Positions 34,916 to 47,035 of a stretch of 64,000 nucleotides of DNA are shown here, in pieces; position 1 is the first letter of the stretch, and every line of letters starts with the position of its first letter. Below the pieces are notes generated by a model. It was not told the DNA's origin, made no database searches, and saw only the letters and a program-made list of their open reading frames with translations. The stretch covers positions 1,922,001 through 1,986,000 of the forward strand of contig JANHCV010000002.1 of assembly GCA_025594325.1 (NCBI GenBank), in the 5' to 3' direction. Both the position numbers and the translations under genes were made by a program. Source of the DNA: Blastocladiella emersonii ATCC 22665. Lineage: Eukaryota > Fungi > Blastocladiomycota.

Positions 34916-35332
34916 ACGCACCGCTCGCTATCACATTCTTCCCTGTACAACCACCACCACCATCTCGCCGGCGTAGCCGCGCCCCCATTTTACCTTACAT
35001 TTATCTAACGACGGAAAAGAACAGAATTTTGTGTTGCCCCCCCCCCCCCCCCTTGCCCCTCTCGTGACGATCGGCGTGGCCGTGGCCGTGGCCGGTGGTC
35101 GGCGGCCCGGCTCGCGAGGCGTGTGCGTGTGGCGCTGCTCCTGCGCCGCCGCGACTTGGCCGCCGCCGCTTCTTCCTCGCCCGCTCCTCTCACTCTTCAC
35201 CCTTGAGCAACCGGCCTCGCTGCAACGTATCGACACCACGGAACTGGCGCGCGCTACTTGCCGCAACCGCACTCTTGTCTTTATCCCGTGTGTGTGGCTG
35301 GCCGCACATCGTTCTCCTCGTCGCCATTCGCC

Positions 35333-36921
35333 ATGTCGAACAAATCCATGTTCCGGCAGCTCGATGCGTACGCCAAGACGCTCGACGACTTTCGGATCCG
35401 TACCAAGACGGGCGGCATCGGTATCTCTCCTTGGGTTGGTTGTCGGCGCGCTCTCGCGAGTCGCTCACCATGGCGATGGTGTAGTGACGCTCGTGTCGGC
35501 CTTCGTCATCGCGCTGCTGCTCGTGTCCGAGTGGATTGACTACATGACGCCGACCAAGCACACGCGGCTCATGGTCGAGACGGGCCGCAAGGCCAAGATG
35601 GACATTTACTTCAACCTGACCATTCCCAAGGTGCCGTGCGTCAGTACGTTGGCACTGGTGTTCGTGCGAGTGAGTTGGCGGGTGCTGATGACGCTGCCGT
35701 TGTGTGTAGCGCTCTCGCTCGACGTCATGGACGTGTCCGGCGAGCACCACGACTTTGGCGACCTGTCGCACGACATTTACAAGGTCCGGCTCGACCCGAA
35801 CGGTCGCCCGATTGATGCTGCGCCGCAGAAGGGTACGGTCGCCTTGCGGGTTCCGTCACTCGACCAAGCTGACGCGCGCGAGCGGTGTAGGCACCGTCGG
35901 CGACGCGCTCAAGGAAAAGGATATCGATCTCAAAACCGCCGCCTCGGGCAACGCGACCGACGGCAAGCCGTACTGCGGGTCGTGCTACGGCGCGACGCCG
36001 CCGGCGTCCGGGTGCTGCAACTCGTGCAAGGATATCGAGGATGCGGTAAGCTCCACTGCTTCCCCTCTCGCCGTCCCCCACCACTCACCAGCGCGTCCGC
36101 TCGTCGAGTAGTACGGCCGCATGGGCTGGAGCTTTCGCGGGAGCGAGAACATGGAGCAGTGCATCCGCGAGGGCTACGACGAGAAGATGAAGGCCCAGAT
36201 GGCCGAGGGGTGCAACATCTACGGCCACCTCAACATCAACAAGGTCGCCGGCAACTTCCACCTCGCGCCCGGACGCACGTTCCAGCAGGCCCAGGGCCAC
36301 ATCCACGACATGATGGCCCTGCTCGACCGCCAGTTCGACTTTACCCACACGATCCACTACCTCTCGTTCGGGCCCAAGGTCAAGGATATGCATAACCCGC
36401 TCGACGGCGTCACGCTGCAGACGCTCAATGGCCGTACGTTTTGCGGCGCGGTCGTTGGGCTCGAACGGGACTGACGCGGCTGGTTGTGATGCGTGCTTGT
36501 AGATAGCCACCTGATCCAGTACTTCCTCAAGGGTACGCCGCTCGCCACACCCTCCCACCCGCGTCCGCCTCACTCACACCCTCCCTCCCTTTCGCGTGCA
36601 CACCTAGTCGTCGGCACCGAGTACCGCCTGACCAACGGGACGACCGTCGCGACCAACCAGTTCAGCGTGACGGAGCACGCGCGCGACGTGGCGGGCCCCG
36701 GCGGCATCGGCCACCTCGCGCTCCCCGGCATCTTCTTCAACTACGACATCTCGCCCATGCGCGTCATCCACGAGGAGTCGCACCACACCTTCATGTACTT
36801 CTTGACCTCGGTATGCGCCGTCGTCGGCGGCGTCTTCACTGTCGCGGGACTCATTGACGCCGGGCTGTACCGCACGTCGCGCGCGCTCCAGAAGAAGATG
36901 GAGCTGGGTAAGTTGAATTGA
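35333..36921 (+). CDS. ERV46: COPII cargo receptor Erv46/ERGIC3, multi-exon
   Basis: LDAYAKTLDDF; YCGSCYGA..CCNSC; EGCNIYGHLNINKVAGNFHLAPG; LPGIFFNYDISPM; CAVVGGVFTVAGLID; KKMELGKLN di-lysine tail. Confidence 0.93.
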
Positions 36922-37115
36922 GGCGGGCAGAGGTGGGTATGAGAGTAACTGAATCGAGAGTTTTAGCTGGCTTATGTTGGTGCGCGAGCGCTCGGAACGC
37001 GAGGCGAAGCGCAAGACGAATCCTGTTCAGGGCTGACACATCGAGCCGCGGTCTCGACGCTCCTCTCTTCTCCCTTGCCGTCGCGATGAATCGCGAAACT
37101 GTGAATGATAACTTG

Positions 37116-38547
37116 ATGCAATCGAATGAAAATATCTTGGCACGGCTGCCCGTCGAGCTCCTAGGCGCCGTCCTTCAACTCGCGGAGCCGCGGGTCGGCG
37201 TCCCAGCTGCATCGAGCCTGCTTGCCTCTGCAGTCGTCGAAGACTGTGTCACTACTTCTTGGATCATGCCAGCTATCATCCAGCTCGCTGAATCGTTCAA
37301 TTGGTGCCGCACTAAACAGCCTGACCTCTTGACGCGGCTCCTCGAGGCAGGCTACCACGTCGCGACGACGCCGACCAACCGCAGCGCTCTCGTCTTCAAC
37401 GCACTTATTACCAGCTTGGTTTCACTCTTGCGCCGCCGCGTTCGTCCGGGCGCCGTGTCCCCAGCCCACATCCGCGAGTATCTGGACACCATTTACTCCG
37501 GCAATGAATTCCACGTTCTCAGCAACCCTTTGGCGGCGTCGCGCGAATCTGCGAGCGGTACTCGCCCGAGGCGTGGAAGAAGCTGCTCATCGATGGTATG
37601 TTTCAATAACTCGCCACCTGTGCAAAGTTGAGCTAACTCAAAGTAAACCGAGCGTAGCCTATGTCGACGGTCGGCGGGATGATCGAGGGTTCCCAGAGAC
37701 CGCCGTGGCCGTGCTCCACTATGCTCTTGTTCCAGGACCTCACTTCAGCGGGACCGGTCTGACGCTCCATGACTTTGTCCACGCACACTGCTCGGTACAA
37801 GACGATCCGCGCGAGCTAGAGTGGCAGCTCAACGCGCTCTTCGACAAAGAAGACGGTCAATTGATTGTCCCAGTCCAGCTACTCGCATCACCCGCAACGG
37901 ACGCAAATGGCAGCCGCGCGCTCTGGACCGCGGCTGTCGACTTGACGTGGATTCTCGCTTCAGGTGCAGCGGATTCCGCCATCAAGGACGATTTTTTGGA
38001 GGTTATTTCCGAGGACAGGTGTGCGCCCCATCTCCTCTGCGCAGTTATTCGCGCTATCTTTGCACCCGACGGCGTCACCTGCGCACCTGCTCGCCTTGAC
38101 TATTTCCGCGACGCAAAACAGCTTTGCCATCACTGCCCGCTTGTGGCGCAACGACCTTGGCGCCAGCTCGTTGCCAAGCTTTGGGAAGTGTGTGGGCCCA
38201 AATACTGGACCGCACTTGGGGGTCTTGTTGACAAGCCGTGGGCGCGACTCTGCGAGATGGCGGACGCGGCTGGCCGCGACGAGGCGCGCTCGCATTCATG
38301 CGATTGCAGTTTGTTCGAGTCCGCCCGAGTCGCCGCACATGCATTATACAGCGGCGGTTTGGCTTCGTTGCGGGAAGAGATCAAGGCTGGCAGCATCACC
38401 GGTGCTATTTTTCGCCTCGTTCCTCAGGACCTCCCGGCCAAAGACCTCCTTGATCCTCAGCTCATCACGCGGCTTATCTCCGAACCGGTTGCTGGGGCGG
38501 CCTTGGATAGAGATTCAGGCAAAGCTTTAGACGACATTTCCGGCTGA
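37116..38547 (+). pseudogene. Array B copy 1: large internal deletion with frameshift in exon 1
   Basis: MQSNENILARLPVELLGAVLQLA. Near 37535 the sequence jumps, out of frame, to the exon-1 end motif ERYSPEAWKKLLID; intron 37596-37657; exon 2 is open to 38547. Confidence 0.75.
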
Positions 38548-39124
38548 GCCGTCATTTACCTTCCAGCTCACGGATGAGCTTTGATCGCGCTCGACCCGAC
38601 TCCAATTTTGCCAGCATTTTCCTGACCGTCGACTCGCCCGGTTTTTGTTGTTTTACGATTCATGATAGAAAGTTCCACAGTTGCAAACAATCGAACATGT
38701 CAAGCTTCCCGCCCGCGACCATAAAACGCGAAGTCTGCGATGCCTCGCTCACATAGCTGGAGACCATAAAAAGAAATCGCGCAATCAATTACCAGCGAGC
38801 AGCGACCAGTGAGTGAGCAGCGCAATCCTGCTCAGGGGCTCAGGCCGAGCGAGCGGACCATGCCGCCGTGGAGCGCTAGGCCAGGTCAGCGTCAAACGAG
38901 CGTGTAGATCGAGAGTTTAGGAAACGTCAAAGTTTTATTGGGCTTTGCCAACGGCTCTTGTCTCGCTCGCGACGGTGAGCGACACGCGGTGAGACACGCG
39001 GTGAGACGCGTTGCGATATCACGCGGTGTGGCTGCGCCACACACCCGTCTGTGTCCTTCGCCAGGATCAACGCCGCTCCGTCCACAGCTCGCTGCTTATC
39101 ACGCCCGCCATGATGCGCGGAACT

Positions 39125-41334
39125 ATGAGTAACTTAATGCAAACAAATTAATATGCCTTCGGGGTGCTTCCCGTCGAGCTTGTGAGCTTCGTCCTGCAGC
39201 TCGCCGCACCGCGAACTGTCGTCCCGGCCGCTTCGGCCTCGCTCCACGCCGTCGTTGCCGACGATCGCGTATTGTTCTCTTGGATCGTCTCTACGGGCAA
39301 TCGCATCTCCGAATTTGTTTCTCGCACGGGGAGTGACTTCAATTTTTGGCTGGGTCGCATCATGTCAGTGGACCTCAACCATCAAGGTCCGCGCCCGGCG
39401 GGCGAGTCGGAAAATCCGCCTCACGCACCAAGCCCTGTTCCTGCGACCTATTTCGTCAAACTGGCCAGCCTGCTGCGTCGCCGTATCCGCCCAAACGGCA
39501 TAAACCCGGGTACAATCGAGGTGTATGTCGATACTCACTGGAGCACGCGAACGGGCAGCGTTACCATTTTTAAAGACCACCTTGTCTACCTTGTCCGTGT
39601 CATCGTCGGGACCGCCGTGCTGGACCGAGCCGAGGCAATGCAACAGATTCTCGACATGGATGTCGCCAGCGGGCGCCAGATCCTCAATCTGGAACTCAAT
39701 CTTTGGGATTGGGCCGTCTTCCTCAACGAGTTCACCGGGATATTCATCTTAGCCCCAGATTACGATTTTCCCGAACACCCAATCCCGTTCCACGTCGCGC
39801 TCGCCTACTTTTCCGTGTTCTCTTGGGATCACTCGTGCTTTTCGCTCCTCGTTGGAGAGTCTCGCTACGCGGTCGACCAAACAGCCCTCTTCGAACTCCT
39901 TAGCATGGAGGACCCAGCGACTCTCGTGCTTGAAGCCGCAAATCCAAAGACCTCAGTGGGGCGCTCGCTCCCAATTTTCCGCTGGATCTTCGAGCGCGCC
40001 ACGGAACTGGAGGATGCCACGCGTCGTAAGTACGTTCTCAAGGCAGCGCGCATGGGCAGCGGCGTCCTCATTCCGCTCCTCTCGCAATTCCCCGACGTCA
40101 TCACGCCCGGGCTTGCTTTTGACGAACAGTTCAATGACGCGTTTCTTGACGACGCGACGCATGACTTTTTCGGTGATGACGAGATAAACGAACGGCTGCT
40201 TGGAAACCACATCATTGCTTGGGTCGACGGTGACCTTCCGCTCGCAGATCTCGACATGCTCGACGGCCACGGGCTTGTTGCGCAAAAATGCTGGAGCTTC
40301 ATCCTCGGTGCCGTCCTTGCGCGTGAAGAATTTGACTATGTTGCAAAGCTTCGCAAGCGGTACTCGCCCGTGGAGTGGAAGAAGCTGGTCATCGATGGTA
40401 CGACCTAAAATCTAGTACTATTCGGCGCAAAACACATTTTGACCTTTTACGTGCGAGTCTAGCCTATGCCGACGGTCGGCGCGCCACGCGAGGGTCTCTC
40501 GACGCTGCCAAGGCCGTGATGCAATTCGCGTTGGTCCCAGGCCCTCACACCTGCGAATTCGAGTACACGCTTCATGACTTCATCAGCGACTTTTGCTACG
40601 ATGACGACGACGTGTGCAACGACTGGAGGTCCATATTCCTCTTTGACAGCAAGAGCGGGCAACTTGCCATCCCCGCCCAGCTACTTTTGTCAACTGCGAC
40701 GGATGATGCTTCGGAGCTCATGCATTGGGCCGCATCGGTTGATCTGACATGGTTTCTTACCTCGACCATGACGAATCCCGCTCTCAAGGATGGGCTCCTC
40801 AAGCGGATCGCCATGTCCAATTCCGTGTCTCTTCTCCTTCACGCGGTGATCCGGGCTCTGCTCGCGCCTGTCGATACCAGCGACGCGCCGGAGATGCTCG
40901 CGTTTTTGCCCGATCCAAAGTATTGCTCAAAATGTCCCCTCGTGTCGCAGCGGCCCTGGCGCGAACTGGTCTCCGAGCTTTGCTGCATGTGGAATCCAGA
41001 GCATCCAATCTTACTCGTGGATCTCATTGACCAGCCGTGGACGCGACTTTGCAGCATTGCGAATGATGCTGGTCCCCGCGAAGACTCTCAGAAAACGTGC
41101 GATTGTAGCTACTTTAGCTCGGCTCGGATCGCTGCACACGTTATGTTTGTGGGTGGCGTCGCTTCACTGAGGAATGAGTTTCCTGGTTTTGAAAGTACCT
41201 TGGCGCGTCTCCTTCCGATTGAACACGATGCGGAGAACATAGTCAATCCCCGCTTCATGGCGCAGCTCGTTTCGAAGCTCGTTGCTGATGAAGACGGGGC
41301 TCCGGGAAACGCTGCAGAAGCGACTTCGGGTTGA
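39125..41334 (+). pseudogene. Array B copy 2: full length but in-frame TAA at 39149-39151; intron 40398-40462
   Basis: MSNLMQTN*YAFGVLPVELV; paralogs have GAA (Glu) at this codon; both exons are otherwise open and in phase. Confidence 0.75.
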
Positions 41335-41671
41335 GCCACCGTGCAGTTTCGTGGCCTTGAAGATGCGCCTCGACCACGACAGTCTCGCCACCCATGGACA
41401 TGATGTTGCTCCTCGTGTTTTTGACGTTGTTGATTTCATACAATATACGCGTTGTTGACTCGACAGTTTCGAGGAACCCGGCCCCGTCAGGTACCGAGCC
41501 CGCGATGGCTCGCGCACGAGCTCGCACGCGCGTGAGTTGAGACGCGTCGAGATATCACATGGTTTCAAGCGCGACCGATTCCCACCCATCGCGTCGCTCG
41601 CGCGTCGCTTCCTCTCTCCTCGCAGCCGTCCTATAGAGACGTACCACGGATCCCCCTGGCCCAATAGCTCG

Positions 41672-44125
41672 ATGCAAACAGATGAAAATACCCTTGCGCG
41701 TCTCCCCGCGGAGCTGGTCGGCGCCGTTCTAGAGCTCGCGGCCCCTCGCCCCGCGGTCATGGCTGCATCGGCTTCGCTTCGCGCTGCATTTACAGACAAA
41801 CGCGTCTCCGCTTCCTGGACCGTCACCGTTGTCAAGCGGCTTGTCGTGCCGCTGCGTCACCCGTACTATTCGTTTTACCAGAGTCGCCCGCCCCCGCCCC
41901 AGGACGAGCTGACGCGTCTTTTCTCGTCGAAACTCCGCATCGCAACAGTGCAAACTTCGTCCACGGGCAACTTTGCGTCACACAGCTGGATTCCGATGTC
42001 GGCCACCGTGTTCGTCAACCTGAGCGCATGTTTTCGCCGGAAGCTACGTCCCGGCGTTGTCAATACGGCACACTTGCGCGAGTATGCGGCGAGCTCGCAT
42101 CCGGAACGCATCACACCTATCTTTACCGATCCGTTGCTCTCGCTTGTCCGGCTAGTCGTGGCGACCTTGGCACACGGCCGCGTGGATGTTTTGGAGCAAA
42201 TTCTCGATCAAATGGTTGCCGAGCGGCGACCTTTGCTGGACATTCACCTCGAGCTCACGCAGTGGGCCTCACTCGCCCAAGAGTTTGTCACGGTCGACAC
42301 TCCTGCCGGCGAGTTTGGTATGTCGACTGCTCCGGTTCGGTTTCTCGACGCCATGTGCTACCTCGCAGTCCTGACTTGGGATTTCTCGGCTTTCAAGCTT
42401 CTTGTCACCGAGCCCCGCTTCGCGGTGGACCAATCAACCGTCGTCTCGTTGCTTTACGCGGAGGCATCAGCAAACTACGTGGTCCAACGGATGACAGCAG
42501 ACACGTCTCCGTCAAGCACCAAAGCCATTATTTCGTGGATCTTCTCGCGCTGCCCGCCAGGGTCGGAAGCGACGCGCAGTCTCTACGTTTGCGCGGCAGC
42601 GTCCGCCGGCCACACGCATTTCATTCCGCTTCTGCGACAATTTTCAAATATTGTCGTACCGGCCTATGACTTGGATGCCAATCTTCTTGAAGATGCCGCG
42701 CTGGATGATTCGGACTCCGAGCGAGACAGTTCGGACTCCGAGCGAAGCGGTTCAGACTCCGAGCACGACGAGAACGACTATACGCTTTATTTTCAAGGTG
42801 CTGCTGCGCACGCTGGCCCGTTTTCGGAGGATGACGAAGACGAAGACGAAGATGCGCTGGTACCTGGCCGGCTCGAAACTTTTATCGTGTCCTGGTTCAG
42901 TCGCGATCTTCCTGTCAAGCATTTCGAACTACTCGACTCTCACGGTCTTGTTGCGACCAAGTGCTGGAGCTACGTGTTGGGTGCAGCTATTGCTCGGCGA
43001 GAGACGACCTTAATTGATTGTCTCCGCAGTCGCTATTCCAGCGATCAATGGAAGAAGCTCCTGCTGGACGGTACGACTTGCACTTCCTAATCCAGCGACG
43101 AATGAAGCCTGACCTTAACATCACGCGTAGCTCACTATAACGGCAGTCGTACAGCTCGCGCTGGCAGGGCAACCCGCTCGGACGTGATTTTCTATGCTCT
43201 TACTCGATGCCCGCCGAATGGCGATGTCAGCTTTCTGCGGCTTGGCGATTTTATCGATCATCACCTTAAGCGCTCAAAGGGCCACGATTTTCCTTGGCAA
43301 CGGAACTTCCTCTTTGGGCATAATTACGAGCTTGAACTCTCTTGCAGACTCTTCGACCCAGCGAAACACGGTCCCGTCGAGGATCGCGTGGTTGGGGAAA
43401 CGATAGTCGACTTGACTTGGCTTTTATTGTCGGTCATGTCCGACAACATCGCCGAGGAAATGGTTTTCGACCATATGCAAGCTTCCCCTACATTCGTTCA
43501 TGTCGCGATTCGAGCTCTCTTCCAGGTCGAGCACGTTCCAAGACAACCGTTCGAATACTGGACCTATGCCGAACCTTATTGCCCGTCCTGCCCGATTACG
43601 GATCAGTGGGTCTGGCGGCGTCTTGCGGAAGCGCTATGCTATCAGTGCGAGAATCGTGACTTGGCTTCACTCTTTGACGACTTTTGGTCACGGCTTTGCA
43701 GCTATGCATTTGGTGGCAACAACGCCTCCTTGGGTTCGCGTTGCTCTCGCGGTTGTGACTCGGTCGAATCTGTCCTACTTGTTGCGCGGCTTCTATTCGA
43801 AAGCGATCCGCATGAGGCGTTCGACACTCTGCGGAACGAGGTGTACTCGGGATGCGTCTCGCATAACGTCTTGCGCTTGGTGCCGGATGGCGCCCTGGAC
43901 GGTCTCGCTGGTGCTCAGTCACTCGCTGCTCTCGTTCAACAGGCGGTCGCGAACTTGCCCGAGGACGTTGGTAACGATCTCGCCGCAGCCGAGTTTGCGC
44001 GGATCGCGCCGGAGGCAGCTGAGCAGTTCCCACTTGATTCATTAGGCTCGAGTAGCTCCTCGAGTGGCTCCTCAAGCAGCTCTTCGAGTAGCCGGTCCGT
44101 CGGTTCGTCTGGTACAACTGCTTAA
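41672..44125 (+). CDS. Array B copy 3, the only intact copy, 797 aa; join(41672..43070,43131..44125); F-box-like start, Cys/His-rich C-terminal domain
   Basis: MQTDENTLARLPAELVGAVLELA; conserved phase-1 intron after LLDG; exon 2 is in frame. Confidence 0.8.
42710..42772 (+). repeat. Three imperfect 21-bp tandem units encoding SDSERDS/SDSERSG/SDSEHDE
   Basis: TC(G/A)GACTCCGAGC repeated with a 21-bp period. Confidence 0.75.
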
Positions 44126-44468
44126 ATCGTTCCGCTAACGGTCTATTCGACTCGGGCAGCACGACGCGAGGCGCCCCTTGCAATAGCTCGGAGCAATACA
44201 ACGCGTTTCGTGAAAGCGGAAATGTGGATTCCATACGGTGCGAGAAATAAGCAAAACGTATTTTGAGTACAGCTAGCGACGGGGAAGCTCGTCACGCAAG
44301 CCGCCGCGGCTGTGAGACAGGATGCGAGACGCGTCGGGATAAAACGTGATGCGCCTGCCTCGTTCTGAAACTGCTTGATCGCCGGCGCATGCCCAGCGCC
44401 ACACCGTCCTCGCTCCCCGTTGAGTTGCAATGAAGCACACTGTAAAGCCTACATGCAACAATAACCTG

Positions 44469-46568
44469 ATGCAAACTGATGGACGCATCCTGTCAACGCT
44501 TCCCACGGAGCTGGTGAGCGTTGTGCTGCAATTCGCGATCCCGCGTGCCCTCGTCCCGGCCGCATCGAGGTTTCTTCTGCCTCGGTCGCCGACGAACCCC
44601 TGACATCTTCTTGGACCTTCTCCGCCGTACTCAAAAGTCTGAAATATTGCTCCTACGAGGACCTTGATCCCCTCTACGTGGTGACGTGGTTTGACGTCGA
44701 GTACCAAAAGCGCACTAATACTGGTTCCGCCTCGACGTCGGGTCAGGACGATAGCCATCTCACTCCGCTCTATGTCAACTTGGCGGCCGTCTTGCGCCGT
44801 CGCATCCGCGACAGCGACATTGACCCGAAGCGCTTGCACGAGCATCGGAGCAAGCCGCCACCCGAACGCACCGGTTCCACTTTCTTTCAAGTACCCACTC
44901 GTCACGCTAGTTTGGCTTGTGGTCAAATCCATGGTGGATGACCAGACGGACGCGCTGCGGCTGATCCTCGACAGGCTTGTTGCCGAAAAGCCTCAACTGC
45001 TTGACCTGGAGCTCAAGCTTGAAGAACGGATCTTCTTCGTCGAGGACCTTGTCTTTTTGCACGCCCTTGCCGAAGACTGTGGCCTGCCCCAGTCGCCTGT
45101 TCGATTCGGTACCGCTCTTTCTTACTCGGCCACGCTGATCGGAAAATACCCGTGCTTTGATCGGAAAATACCCGTGCTTTGAGCTTCTCCTCCAGGAGCC
45201 ACGGTACGGTGTTGACGAGCCCGCGCTCACCGCTCTGTTGTTCACTCTGGAGCCGGCGGAGTTTATACTTCATCAACCACCGCACTCAGAGCACTTTTTC
45301 ACGTGGTTCCTCGACCGCGGCGCGCAAATGTCGACGGCAGTTCGGAACTTGAACGTCCACACCACCTTGATCGTTGGTCCCAAGCTCTTTTTCCCGCTCT
45401 TGGCCAAGTTCCCTCACCTCGTCATCCCCGCACTCGCAATCGACCCTGGGCGCGAAGATACGCAGCTTGTGTGTTGGGTCCCTCCCTCCCTGCTGCTTGA
45501 GACCTTGGTCCCTCGTTACTTTCAGCTGGATGACACGCAGAAGCAACCCGGTCCTTTGGTTGCAAAATGGGTTGATCGCGGGCTTTCGCTTGACGAAATC
45601 GAAATTCTCGACAGTTATGGCTTCATTGCTCCGCGCCGATAGAGCGACATCGTCGGCGCGCTTGTGGCTCGAGGTGAGCTGGACTTTGTCGCGCAAATCC
45701 GCGAGCAATACTCGGCGCAGGATTGGATGTACCTTCTCCTTGATGGTACGTCTCACGCCGCACTTTTTTTATCATGTGCAACACCGCGAGCCTGAAACGT
45801 CCCCAAGTACATTCGCTGGTCGTGTAGCGTATCGCAATGGCTGTCTGGAAACTATTGGATACATGGAGGTCGCTCTTGCGGTTGTGCTGTTCGCTCTGGT
45901 TCCGGGACCTCACAGCAACGGCGACAACGGGAACCTAATCCTCCATGATTTTCATCTGCGCGTGCTCCATCAACGACGGCGAGTGGCATAAAGATTGGCA
46001 GTTCAACTTTTTGTTCGACTATGACGGAGACCTCGCGCTTCCCGACGGGCTGTTCACCTTGATTCCTTTGAACGCAAACGAGGAGCGCGCAGTTTGGGCC
46101 GCAGCCGTTGACCTCGTGTGGCTTCTCATCTCGACCGCAGGCAATGGACTGAGCGAGGACAGTCTGGACATGATCGATGCGGGCAACACGGCTCCCTTCT
46201 CCCTTCGCGCCATAATCCGGTCTCTCATTATCCCCGACGGTGTCCTTGGCGTGTCGCTGCGACCCGAGTACTTTGTTGGCCAACAAACGCCAGCTCTCTG
46301 CCCCAGCTGTCCGCTCATGCGCCAGCGTGCTTGGCATGGTCTCATCCCGTTGCTGCTGGACAAGTGCGTGAAAGACCAAAAGCAGCTACTCCCGCGTTTG
46401 CCCATGATCAGGCGGTCATGGGGCCGATTGTGCGCGATTGCTTCTTGGGACGACATTCCAGGAGCGGACGCGTCGTGGAGGATGTGCAACTATGGATGCA
46501 GTTGGGAGCAATCAGTTCGAAGCGTCATGGTTTTAGCTGAGACTTCATGGGCCCAGCGAGCGCAGTAA
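44469..46568 (+). pseudogene. Array B copy 4: several frameshifts, a 22-bp duplication and a premature TAG
   Basis: MQTDGRILSTLPTELV is followed by frame breaks; duplication at 45136-45179; TAG at 45640-45642 where paralogs have CWS. Confidence 0.8.
45136..45179. repeat. Perfect 2 x 22-bp tandem duplication
   Basis: TGATCGGAAAATACCCGTGCTT occurs twice (45136-45157 and 45158-45179). Confidence 0.95.
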
Positions 46569-47035
46569 TCGAGTCTTGGGACGAAACAACGACTGTTGGG
46601 CTGGACGTTTGTGGGTAACGTGGAAACGACTCAGCATGAAGGCATGTTCGCCTAGTTTGCACCGCATACAAACTCAGTAGTTGCTCCTTCTATAAACACA
46701 GTTGTCTTTCGTTGAGCTCCCTTCGCGCTTCGTAGTGGATGAACGTGAGCTAGCCCGCTTGGACGGCAGCGACGCGCTGCGCCACATTGCATGGCAGAAA
46801 CACGGGGTTTTGACGACGTGGATCGATTCATTTCGCTGCAAGTCTCCCGCAAGCGAGTCAGGAATTGGCGTTGCAGTGAGAGTGGGAGGTGAAACCCGCG
46901 AGACGCGAGACGCGTTGGGAAATCACGCGGTGCTCGAACGGCAAGTCCTCGCCTTCGCCACCGCCTTCACGCCGGTTCCCACGCTCCTCTCCTCTCGCAA
47001 AGGGCACCACAAACCTCCCGTGCAACAGTAACCCG

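Noticed and set aside
32735-34921. 728-aa minus-strand ORF and 631-aa alternate-frame ORF over MGM1
   Set aside because: Shadow frames of a GC-rich gene.
35037-35052. C16 run (also C14 at 4666-4679, and C/G runs near 6576 and 55795)
   Set aside because: Homopolymers of uncertain assembly length; no supporting pattern for a G4 or i-motif role.
9976-36921. SEC24 and ERV46 as a COPII gene cluster
   Set aside because: 22 kb apart with unrelated genes between them; chance is sufficient.
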